A program made the translations under genes and the position numbers. A DNA stretch of 32,000 nucleotides from [Clostridium] leptum DSM 753. GTDB lineage: Bacteria; Bacillota; Clostridia; Oscillospirales; Acutalibacteraceae. Within the stretch, counting starts at the first letter, position 1. Each line of letters begins with the position of its first letter. The notes under the pieces are model-generated. The model saw only the letters and a program-made list of their open reading frames with translations. It was not told the origin of the DNA and made no database searches. Shown here piece by piece: positions 24,432-32,000 of this stretch. The stretch spans positions 324,832 to 356,831 of the forward strand of contig DS480348.1 of assembly GCA_000154345.1 (NCBI GenBank), read 5' to 3'.

Positions 24432-25538
24432 ATGAAAAGAGGTACGAAAGCGGCTTGCAGCGCGGCGCTGGTGGCGGTGATGCTGGCCGGCGGCTGCCTG
24501 CTCCAAGCATGCAGCCAGCAAAGCGCCCCAGCGGACCTTCCGAAAACAGAGTCCCGGACTGCCAGCCGGGAAGAGGCTTCCAGTGCCGGCGCAGTTCCCG
24601 AGAAGGGAGAGCCGGAGGAACCGGCCTTAAAGGGAATAAACGATCTGACGGGGATGCCCATGGATGAGGCAAAGGAAAATAACCGTCCCTTGGCGGTGAT
24701 GATCAATAATATCGATATCGCCCAGCCGCTCATGGGAGTGTCCCAATCCGACGTAATGTACGAATGTCTGGCGGAGGGCGGAATCACCAGGATTATGGCC
24801 TGCTTTAAGGACCCCTCGGGGGTTGCGGAAATCGGCAGCGTCCGCAGCGCCAGGCTCTATTATATTCGGATCGCCCAGGGCATGGATGCGGTTTATATGC
24901 ATTCCGGCGGCAGTGAGGACGCCTATGCCTTGCTGGGCAGCGGGGTCATCGACGAGTTTGACCTGGATACGGATATGATGTGGCGGGACGAATGGAGACG
25001 GGAAAACCTGGGTTACGAGCACAGCGTTCTAACCTCCGGAGAGCTGCTGGAAAACGGGATCGCCAGCCGCGGCGTTCGGAGAACCTATGAGGGCGCGTCC
25101 CCGGAAAGCCAGATGTTTTCCGAAACCGAATCCCAGGTACAGGCAGGCGGGAGGGCCCATTGGTTATGCGCTTCCTTCTCTTCCTACAAGGATACTGCCT
25201 TTACCTATGACGCCGGCTCGCAGGCCTATTTGGTAGGTCAGTTTGGAGAAGCCCAGATGGACGGCGCCTATAACACCCAAGTTGCCCGGCAGAATGTGCT
25301 GGCTCTGTATATTCCCACCTACAGTCCGGACGGAGGCCTTTTGCAGCAGATGGACTTGATCGGAAGCGGGGACGGCTACTATATGAGCCGGGGAAAAATC
25401 ATCCCTATTGCCTGGCATAAGGACAGCTACGATACGCCCTTTTACTATACCACGGAGGCAGGAGAAGCTTTGATTATGGCTCCTGGCAGCGTTTATGTCT
25501 GCTGTGTGCCCCTCAGCGGCTCCATTACCTTTGAATAG
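24432..25538 (+). CDS. DUF3048 domain-containing lipoprotein (YerB-like)
   Basis: Signal/lipobox-like N-terminus (MLAGGCLLQAC), then NNRPLAVMINN...QSDVMYECLAEGGITRIMACF, characteristic of DUF3048. The ATG at 24432 lies 8 nt after AAAGGA. Confidence 0.8.
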   Translation: MKRGTKAACSAALVAVMLAGGCLLQACSQQSAPADLPKTESRTASREEASSAGAVPEKGEPEEPALKGINDLTGMPMDEAKENNRPLAVMINNIDIAQPLMGVSQSDVMYECLAEGGITRIMACFKDPSGVAEIGSVRSARLYYIRIAQGMDAVYMHSGGSEDAYALLGSGVIDEFDLDTDMMWRDEWRRENLGYEHSVLTSGELLENGIASRGVRRTYEGASPESQMFSETESQVQAGGRAHWLCASFSSYKDTAFTYDAGSQAYLVGQFGEAQMDGAYNTQVARQNVLALYIPTYSPDGGLLQQMDLIGSGDGYYMSRGKIIPIAWHKDSYDTPFYYTTEAGEALIMAPGSVYVCCVPLSGSITFE

Positions 25539-25573
25539 CCATGTGGGCTTCGATATCATGATTTTCAATAGTA

Positions 25574-25614
25574 AAAAGAGCCTTTCCCCTTGAATCCGGG
25601 AAAGGCTCTTTTTG
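25574..25614 (+). terminator. Rho-independent terminator
   Basis: 15-bp stem aaaagagcctttccc/gggaaaggctctttt followed by a T-run. Confidence 0.8.
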
Positions 25615-25711
25615 CCGCCTATAAGCTTAAGAAGCCGCCGTTTCCAGCGGGGCAGGCAAATAAATAAGCGGGGAGATGACAGTGTGGCAGAAGAAATCGA
25701 GCTATTCCATA

Positions 25712-25840
25712 TTGATTAAAAGAATAGATAAGAGAAAATGTGCGGAATCAAAAATACGATAAGCTCTAAACACAGGCGGCTTCCGGGATTACCAGCTGTA
25801 GGACGGGCGGTGCCGCGATATTTTTTGAGCCTCTCCTCAG
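25712..25840 (+). repeat. Intergenic repeat element, copy B
   Basis: Same orientation as copy A. The 21-nt exact core is at 25789-25809 and the flanks align with small indels. Confidence 0.7.
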
Positions 25841-26150
25841 GGGGCGGCCGTGCTAACCTCTATGGAGCGCTCAAGGCGCTGGCCTGCAAGTGGGTTTGAT
25901 TCTGTGAAAGGCATTGCTTCCGCATAATTCTTTTGGATTGCGGCATAAAAATAAGCAGGGGGAACCGGCGTGGAACGAAGATGATATTGATAGCAGGCGC
26001 AGCATGCACGCTTTCTGAAGGACAGAGAAGAAAACTTCGATATACGGTGAACCGATGGGATGCGGAGAATAGAAAAAGGGGCTGTAAGGACATGGTATCG
26101 GCTCTTGGGAAGCCGGGCTGCGGCGGGACGGAATAGAAATGTTATTAAAT

Positions 26151-26166
26151 TGTGAAGCTGTTCACA
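26151..26166. promoter_or_regulatory. Palindrome TGTGAA-N4-TTCACA upstream of htrA
   Basis: Perfect 6-bp arms ~125 nt upstream of the htrA ATG. A TTTTCACG octamer at 26221-26228 directly abuts a TATCAT -10-like hexamer (26231-26236). Confidence 0.35.
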
Positions 26167-26288
26167 TTTTTTTACAGAAGCTTTTAAGCTTTATTCATTT
26201 GTCCATCAAAAAACTATCACTTTTCACGTTTATCATAAAGGCAAGATCAAAAAAGATCATTCAGCATAGATTCAAGGAGGAAGTCAGT

Positions 26289-27809
26289 ATGAATAACTAT
26301 AACCCATATGATCCGAATCAAAACCAAAGCTATGGGGATCCGCAGAATACAATAAACGGGCAGGGGACAGAATCTACCTACAGCCAGGGGGGCGGGCAGG
26401 AGCAAAACACCCAGCCGTATCACGGCCAGACGCAAGGGGATTCCACTTATCATTACTCCTATCAGTCTCCTTATCAAAACGTAGTAAATACCACGGCGAC
26501 CCCGGTAACGGGAAGCGCCCCGGTGCCGCCCTCCAAAAAGAAGGAGAAGAAACCTCGCTACCTGAGCCGGAAAGCAGCCGCAGTCTTTATGGCGCTGGTG
26601 ATCCTTGCGGCCGGAGGGCTTGGCGTAGGGGGAGGCATCCTGGGTTACCAGCTGGCCAAGGGCAGCGGCTCCGGCAGCGGCGTAAATATTACCACGGTGC
26701 AGCCCTCCAGCGGTGAGAACACAAACGCGGTCAATTATACCGGCGATTCCATGAGCGTCTCCGATGTTGCCGCTATGACGTCTCCCTCCGTAGTAGAGAT
26801 TACCACAGAAGCGGTGACCACCGACATTTACATGCAGCAGTACGTCCAAACCGGCGCCGGCAGCGGCGTTATCATCAGCGAGGACGGCTATATCGTTACC
26901 AATAACCACGTTATCGACGGCGCGGAAAAGATCACCGTTACCACAAAGGACGGCACAGCCTATGAAGCAAAGCTGGTCGGTACCGATTCGGAAACCGACG
27001 TAGCCCTGCTGAAGGTAGAGGCCACAGGCCTGAAGGCAGTGGTAATGGGTAATTCCTCTGACCTACAGGTCGGCGATACGGCGGTAGTGATCGGGAATCC
27101 TTTAGGACAATTAGGCGGTACCGTTACCAGCGGCATCGTCAGCGCCCTGGATCGGGATATTACCTTAAACGGCAACAGCATGTCTCTGCTGCAGACCAAC
27201 GCGGCCATCAATCCCGGCAACTCCGGAGGCGGTATGTTTAACGATAAGGGAGAACTGGTGGGCATTGTGGTGGCCAAATCCGGCGGCACCACCTCTGACG
27301 GCACCACCATCGAGGGCTTAGGCTTTGCCATTCCGATTGATGATGTAAAGGAAGTGGTTCAGGAGCTTTCCACTAACGGCTATGTGACCGGAAGGCCCAG
27401 CCTGGGAGTAAACCTGGTGGATATCACCAACGAGCAAACGGCAATGATGTACCGGGTAAATCAGCTTGGCGTGTATGTGCTCAAGAGCACCAATGAAGCC
27501 AATAACCTACAGGCGGGCGACTGCATTGTTTCCGTGGATGGAACCGCCGTCAGCTCTGCCGACGAGGTAAAATCCATCATTCAAGACCACAAGGTGGGGG
27601 ATACCTTATCCATTGTCATTATCCGGGAAGGCAAGACCATGACTGTGGAGGCTGCCTTGCAGGAAAATAAACCGGACACCTCGTCCAATGACGAAAACAC
27701 TGCCGGCGGAAATAACGGCCAGGGCAGCGGCGGCCAGGATTCCCAGCAGACGCCTGAGGACTCTCAGGGAGGTTCCCTAAGGGATTGGCTGAATCAATTC
27801 GGATTTTAA
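26289..27809 (+). CDS. htrA: HtrA/DegP-family serine protease with PDZ domain
   Basis: AAGGAGGA RBS. Catalytic triad contexts TNNHVI, DVALLKV and GNSGGGMF, with a PDZ domain near the C-terminus. One TM segment follows a Q/N/Y-rich N-terminal region. Confidence 0.9.
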   Translation: MNNYNPYDPNQNQSYGDPQNTINGQGTESTYSQGGGQEQNTQPYHGQTQGDSTYHYSYQSPYQNVVNTTATPVTGSAPVPPSKKKEKKPRYLSRKAAAVFMALVILAAGGLGVGGGILGYQLAKGSGSGSGVNITTVQPSSGENTNAVNYTGDSMSVSDVAAMTSPSVVEITTEAVTTDIYMQQYVQTGAGSGVIISEDGYIVTNNHVIDGAEKITVTTKDGTAYEAKLVGTDSETDVALLKVEATGLKAVVMGNSSDLQVGDTAVVIGNPLGQLGGTVTSGIVSALDRDITLNGNSMSLLQTNAAINPGNSGGGMFNDKGELVGIVVAKSGGTTSDGTTIEGLGFAIPIDDVKEVVQELSTNGYVTGRPSLGVNLVDITNEQTAMMYRVNQLGVYVLKSTNEANNLQAGDCIVSVDGTAVSSADEVKSIIQDHKVGDTLSIVIIREGKTMTVEAALQENKPDTSSNDENTAGGNNGQGSGGQDSQQTPEDSQGGSLRDWLNQFGF

Positions 27810-27826
27810 AAAATAAATTTTTAAAG

Positions 27827-27860
27827 CAAACGGCGTGCCCCGAAGGGCACGCCGTTTGTG
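27827..27860 (+). terminator. Hairpin terminator after htrA
   Basis: 14-bp stem caaacggcgtgccc/gggcacgccgtttg with a CGAA loop. The T-run is short. Confidence 0.65.
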
Positions 27861-28046
27861 ATAGCGTGGGAGGCGGATAGGCCAAAAGATAAAATTTTTC
27901 CATTTTTTACAATCCATAAGCCAAGGGAAACAAGGCATACTAAGCTTGGACAGAAAAGCTCTAATGCATAAGGACCGGAATCTAGATAGGCCCTTCGCAA
28001 TGGAGAAAAGCGACTGTCCTTCGAAATAAAGATTGAGGTGAAACGA

Positions 28047-28223
28047 ATGGATCATTGTAAGGCAAATGAAAGCATCCGCTGTAGCGTTGTGCAGTGTAAG
28101 AACCATTGCGACACTAAGGATTACTGCGCTCTGGAAAGCATTACCGTAGGCACCCACGAGGCGAACCCCACTGTCTGCCAGTGCACCGACTGCGAGTCCT
28201 TCCAGCCCAAGCAGTGCCGCTGA
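28047..28223 (+). CDS. DUF1540 domain-containing cysteine-rich small protein
   Basis: 58 aa. Two C-x-V-x-x-C...C repeat units (IRCSVVQCKNHCDTKDYCALESITVG and a second Cys cluster). ATG lies 5 nt after GAGGTGA. Confidence 0.7.
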   Translation: MDHCKANESIRCSVVQCKNHCDTKDYCALESITVGTHEANPTVCQCTDCESFQPKQCR

Positions 28224-28325
28224 CACAGGCGCAGAGCCAGCCTGTAAGATTTACCGGAAACCGTTAAAATTTTTCGCGGACTGCGATCAACCAACAATCC
28301 TTCCTAAAGAAAAAACTTCGACAAA

Positions 28326-28367
28326 AAGGAAACAGCCGCCAATTTTAAGATTGGCGGCTGTTTCCTT
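28326..28367 (+). terminator. Rho-independent terminator (18-bp perfect stem)
   Basis: aaggaaacagccgccaat/attggcggctgtttcctt with a 6-nt loop. Confidence 0.75.
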
Positions 28368-28394
28368 GAAACCGGGGTTGTTTTTTGTTATAAT
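28366..28394 (+). promoter_or_regulatory. Sigma-A-type promoter of the DHHW gene
   Basis: TTGAAA (28366-28371), 17-nt spacer, TGtTATAAT (TATAAT at 28389-28394). Confidence 0.6.
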
Positions 28395-28485
28395 ACAGAT
28401 ACTTTGATCTCCTGTTTAGAAAAAATTTTGCGGAGAATAAAAAGGGCGTTCAAAAGTATTGTGGGAAAGAAAGAGGGCAAAGACC

Positions 28486-29634
28486 GTGGAAATAAAAAAG
28501 CGTGAAAAAAAGGTTGGTAGCTTTGCGAAAAAAGGGATGGCGCCAGTGCTGGCGGCGCTAATGCTTTTGGCGGCAGGCTGCTCCTCAAACTCTGGAGAGG
28601 CGTCAACCGCGCCAGCCTCTGAAGCACCGCCGTCTCAGGCGGAAGCCAGCTCTCAGGAGGAAGCGCCCTCTCAAGAGCCGGAAAGCTCCGAGGCTGCCTC
28701 CAGCGAGGTGCAGTCGATTCCTGAGATCCCCGAAGATCCTGCTGCGGAGCCTTATTTGAATGAAGGGATCGTTATGTATGGCAAGATGGCTTTGGAGGCA
28801 TTTTACGACTGTCAGGAGCAGGCGGCTGATTACGCTGAAGTAATTTCCACCATCAAGCGGGCCGTACCTAGCGCTGAGGTTTACAACATCGTGGTGCCCA
28901 CCCATGTGGAGTTTGCCTTGCCGGAGAAATACAAGGCGGACTTTTCCGTATCGGAACGCCCGACATTGGATGCGGTTTACAACAATTACAGCGCCGAGGT
29001 AAAGGGCGTTGATGTTTATGATGCTTTGTCCCTGCACAAGCTGGAGTACTTATATTTTAATACGGATCATCACTGGACCGGCCTGGGGGCGTATTACGCC
29101 TATACCAAGTTTGCCGAGGAGGCGGGCTTTACCCCTGTCGCTCAGGAGGATATGGAGAAAAAATCCATTCCCGGTTTGCTGGGGCTGCTGTACGATATCA
29201 CCCAGGAGCCGGTTTTGGAGCAGAATCCGGACTCGGTGGAATACTTCATCATCCCCGGTGATTATGAGTGCCAAGTGATGTATCAGGGCTCCGACGAGTG
29301 GCTGGAAACCAGTATGCTGGCGGAATACGCTGAGGGGGCCAACGCCTACGGCGTATTCTTGGGCGGGGATAACAAGCTGTTTAAAATTCAGAACCAGGAT
29401 CCCACGATGAAGAATGGCAAGAAGATCGCTGTCCTTAAGGAATCCTTTGGCAATGCTTTCGTTCCCTTTTTATCCCCTCATTACAGTGAGGTCCATGTCC
29501 TTGATATGCGGTATTGGGAAGGAAATTTAGCGAGCTACGCGGCGGAAAACGGAATTGACGAGATTTTAATCATGAACAATATCAAGTCGGCCTGCAACTA
29601 TACGTTCCATGATTATCTGCTGGCCATGACCTGA
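28486..29634 (+). CDS. DHHW family lipoprotein (AlgX/AlgJ-like SGNH-type acyl-transfer accessory protein)
   Basis: Lipobox LLAAGC, an S/E/A/P-rich linker, and the signature YFNTDHHWTGLGAYYAY. I prefer the GTG at 28486 (8 nt after AGAGGG); TTG 28459 and ATG 28537 are alternatives. Confidence 0.8.
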   Translation: MEIKKREKKVGSFAKKGMAPVLAALMLLAAGCSSNSGEASTAPASEAPPSQAEASSQEEAPSQEPESSEAASSEVQSIPEIPEDPAAEPYLNEGIVMYGKMALEAFYDCQEQAADYAEVISTIKRAVPSAEVYNIVVPTHVEFALPEKYKADFSVSERPTLDAVYNNYSAEVKGVDVYDALSLHKLEYLYFNTDHHWTGLGAYYAYTKFAEEAGFTPVAQEDMEKKSIPGLLGLLYDITQEPVLEQNPDSVEYFIIPGDYECQVMYQGSDEWLETSMLAEYAEGANAYGVFLGGDNKLFKIQNQDPTMKNGKKIAVLKESFGNAFVPFLSPHYSEVHVLDMRYWEGNLASYAAENGIDEILIMNNIKSACNYTFHDYLLAMT

Positions 29635-29677
29635 CCCTTGCTTTCCCTCAAGGCTATGATATAGGAGCGTGTAAAAT

Positions 29678-30418
29678 TTGTCGCAGCAAAAAGTGGAGAG
29701 CCCGCTGTTTCAGCAAGGGCTTAAGGATGGCTTGCCCATTTGCCTTGGCTATATTTCCGTAGCCTTTACCTTTGGCATGATGGCCACAGAGGGCGGCCTG
29801 GCGCCTTGGTCGTCACTGCTGATTTCCATGACCAATCTGACCTCGGCGGGACAGTTTGCCGGTACCGCCCTGATTTTGTCCGGCGGCACCCTGCTGGAGA
29901 TCGCCGTCACAACCTTTGTAATCAATATCCGCTATATGCTTATGTCGCTGTCCTTGTCGCAAAAGCTGGATCCCGATATGAAAATGGCGGAGCGGCTGAT
30001 TCTGTCTTTCGGCGTCACCGACGAGGTGTTTGCTGTGGCAATACGGCAGAGAAAGGAGCTGACCGCCCGCTATCTGGCGGGGCTGATCCTGACCCCTTAC
30101 GCGGGCTGGGCCCTCGGCACAGTGCTGGGCGCCACGGCTACCGGGGTTTTACCCCTTTCCGTGAGAAGCGCCCTGGGGATCGCCATCTACGGGATGTTTA
30201 TCGCCATCATTATTCCCCCGAGCCGGGAGGCGAAGCCCGTAGCGGTCACCGTGGTGCTGGCGGCGGCCCTAAGCTGTTTGTTTTATTACATACCCGGCCT
30301 GAATCAAATTTCCAGCGGGTGGGTCATCATTATCTGCGCGGTTATCGCGGCGGGGATTATGGCGCTGCGCTTTCCTGTGGATGAGGAAACGCCTCCCGAA
30401 GAAAAGGAGGCGGCCTGA
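29678..30418 (+). CDS. azlC: AzlC family branched-chain amino acid transport protein
   Basis: 246 aa polytopic protein with the GLKDGLPICLGYISVAFTFG N-terminal pattern. Paired with azlD through a 1-nt stop/start overlap. Confidence 0.85.
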   Translation: MSQQKVESPLFQQGLKDGLPICLGYISVAFTFGMMATEGGLAPWSSLLISMTNLTSAGQFAGTALILSGGTLLEIAVTTFVINIRYMLMSLSLSQKLDPDMKMAERLILSFGVTDEVFAVAIRQRKELTARYLAGLILTPYAGWALGTVLGATATGVLPLSVRSALGIAIYGMFIAIIIPPSREAKPVAVTVVLAAALSCLFYYIPGLNQISSGWVIIICAVIAAGIMALRFPVDEETPPEEKEAA

Positions 30419-30756
30419 TGAATTACGGTATGGTGCTGGCGGCTACGGCGGTAATGGCCTTGGTTACCTATCTGCCCCGCATGCTGCCGATGGCGGTAAT
30501 TAAGCGCAAAATTCAAAACCGGTTTATCCGGTCCTTTTTAACCTACGTTCCCTATGCGGTACTGAGTGCCATGACGTTTCCGGCGATCCTTTATTCCACC
30601 TCGGACAACCTCGCGGTTGGGGTCCCCTCTGCGGCGGCAGGCTTGCTGGTAGCACTGGTTCTAGCCTATCACAACCGGGGGCTTTTAACGGTGGCTTTGG
30701 CTTCTTCGGCCGCAGTGTTTATCGTACAGCAAGCCTTGCTGTGGTTAGGATGGTAG
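30418..30756 (+). CDS. azlD: AzlD family branched-chain amino acid transport protein
   Basis: 112 aa with 3-4 TM segments. TGATG overlap with azlC. Confidence 0.8.
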   Translation: MNYGMVLAATAVMALVTYLPRMLPMAVIKRKIQNRFIRSFLTYVPYAVLSAMTFPAILYSTSDNLAVGVPSAAAGLLVALVLAYHNRGLLTVALASSAAVFIVQQALLWLGW

Positions 30757-30758
30757 TG

Positions 30759-32000
30759 ATGCGTAAAAACGAGATAGCGGTAATAGAAATCACCGGCTAT
30801 ACTGCGGAAGGAAACGGTGTGGGCCGGCTGGATGGCATGGCGGTGTTCGTTCCCGGTGCCGCGGTTGGAGATACGCTGCAGGTCCGAATTGTCAAGATCT
30901 TAAAAAACTATGCCTTTGGAAAAATCGAAGAGCTTGTCGTTCCGTCAAAAGACCGGATCATACCCGACTGTCCTTGCTTTTCCCAGTGCGGCGGATGCAG
31001 CTTCCGCCACATTTCCTATAAAGCGGAGCTGGAAGCCAAGCGCCGGCGGGTAGAGGACGCGATTCAGCGGATCGGCGGCTTTGACCGCTTCCCGGTTCCT
31101 CCGGTGGTTGGCGCGGCAAAAATCAACCGATATCGAAATAAGGCTCAGCTGCCGATAGGAGCTGACCGGGACGGCAGGGGAATCATGGGGTTTTACGCCC
31201 TTCATAGCCATAGGATAGTTCCGATCGAGGATTGCCCCTTGCAGCCGAAGATGTTTGCTCAGGCGGTAGCCTCTGTAAAGCAGTGGATGGAAGAATATAA
31301 AGTGCCTGTTTACCATGAGGAATCCCACTCCGGCCTATTGCGCCACCTATATCTGAGGGAGGCCTCGGCCACCGGAGCGCTGATGGTATGCCTGGTGGGA
31401 AATGGCGATGAGCTCCCTCACAGCGGCGAGTTAGTAAAGAGGCTGCGGGAGGATCTTCCCTGTCTGGAAAGTGTGGTATTCAACAGTAATCGGGAAAAAA
31501 CCAATGTGATTTTGGGAAAACGTTGCCAGGCTCTTTGGGGGAAAGACGGAATTGTGGATCATTTGTGCGGTCTGTCTTTTTTCTTGTCGCCGCTGTCCTT
31601 TTACCAGGTAAACCGGGATCAGGCTGAGATCCTGTATCGTCTTGCCGGCGAGTACGCCTCTTTACAAAAAGAGGATACGGTGCTGGACCTTTACTGCGGG
31701 ACCGGGACGATCGGGATGACAATGGCCTCCAAGGCGGGGAAGGTGATTGGCGTCGAGGTGGTGCCGGAGGCTATAGAGGACGCTAAAGCCAACGCCGTGA
31801 GAAACGGCGTGAAGAATATAGAATTTATCTGCGGCGATTCGGCTCAGGCGGTCCAGATGCTCAGAAAGCGGGGAGAGCGTCCGACGGTTGTCGTGGTGGA
31901 CCCGCCCAGAAAGGGCTGCGGTCTCCCGGTGCTGGAACACATTGTGGAAATTGCGCCTAGGAAGATCATTTATGTTTCCTGCGACCCAGCCACATTAGCC
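30759..32000 (+). CDS. rlmD: 23S rRNA (uracil-C5)-methyltransferase, RlmD/RumA family (3' end beyond the window)
   Basis: Not in the ORF track because no stop codon falls in the window. My own translation from ATG 30759 gives a TRAM domain (GNGVGRLDGMAVFVPGAAVGDTLQVRI), an Fe-S cluster motif CPCFSQCGGCSFRH, the SAM motif VLDLYCGTGTIG, and VVVDPPRKG. Confidence 0.85.
   Translation, partial: MRKNEIAVIEITGYTAEGNGVGRLDGMAVFVPGAAVGDTLQVRIVKILKNYAFGKIEELVVPSKDRIIPDCPCFSQCGGCSFRHISYKAELEAKRRRVEDAIQRIGGFDRFPVPPVVGAAKINRYRNKAQLPIGADRDGRGIMGFYALHSHRIVPIEDCPLQPKMFAQAVASVKQWMEEYKVPVYHEESHSGLLRHLYLREASATGALMVCLVGNGDELPHSGELVKRLREDLPCLESVVFNSNREKTNVILGKRCQALWGKDGIVDHLCGLSFFLSPLSFYQVNRDQAEILYRLAGEYASLQKEDTVLDLYCGTGTIGMTMASKAGKVIGVEVVPEAIEDAKANAVRNGVKNIEFICGDSAQAVQMLRKRGERPTVVVVDPPRKGCGLPVLEHIVEIAPRKIIYVSCDPATLA

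Noticed and set aside
24170-24787. 205-aa minus-strand ORF spanning the divergent promoter region and the 5' end of the DUF3048 gene.
   Set aside because: It overlaps two promoters and a well-supported gene, and it has no RBS.
27915-27942. Mother-cell sigma-E/K-like promoter upstream of the DUF1540 gene (CATAAG-N15-CATACTA).
   Set aside because: It is only a partial match to the Bacillus consensus and would give a ~100-nt leader. That is too weak to call without data.
1-32000. Search for CRISPR arrays, tRNA/rRNA genes, IS elements, integrases, phage genes, and defence or toxin-antitoxin gene pairs.
   Set aside because: I saw no regularly spaced direct repeats, cloverleaf-like or rRNA-like sequences, transposase or recombinase motifs, or terminal inverted repeats flanking a gene. 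The window reads as core chromosome.

Overview
This 32-kb window is a core chromosomal segment of a spore-forming Firmicute. It looks Clostridia-like (about 55% GC, GGAGG-type RBSs, many sporulation genes); that taxonomic placement is inference only. I support about 30 protein-coding genes. They include ferritin and a small rare-sugar module: a TIM-barrel ketose epimerase/isomerase on the + strand, and a RhaB-like FGGY kinase, a class II aldolase and a ROK regulator on the - strand. Also present are mtnN, a cyclase/formamidase-family protein and an isolated spoVAE. The conserved rpsT-gpr-spoIIP block is followed by two hypothetical envelope proteins, then the CCA-adding enzyme, a ComEC-type MBL hydrolase and spoIIE. 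Further along are a PadR/DUF2812 pair, the operon metG-tatD-(290-nt spacer)-TatD-associated radical SAM, a DUF3048 lipoprotein, an HtrA protease, a DUF1540 Cys-rich protein, a DHHW lipoprotein, azlCD, and a 5'-complete but 3'-truncated rlmD/rumA-type methyltransferase that was missing from the ORF track. I found no rRNA, tRNA, CRISPR array, transposase, integrase or recognisable defence system. The least explained material is non-coding. A diverged intergenic element occurs twice in the same orientation (near 18.8 kb and 25.8 kb, with a 21-nt exact core), and each copy sits in an unusually long ORF-free tract. There is an unexplained 290-nt spacer inside the metG-tatD-rSAM operon. A strong promoter with palindromic operators lies about 300 nt upstream of padR. 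A self-contained 50-aa membrane-peptide gene resembles a type I toxin. All functional calls rest on motif recognition by eye; no database search was run.
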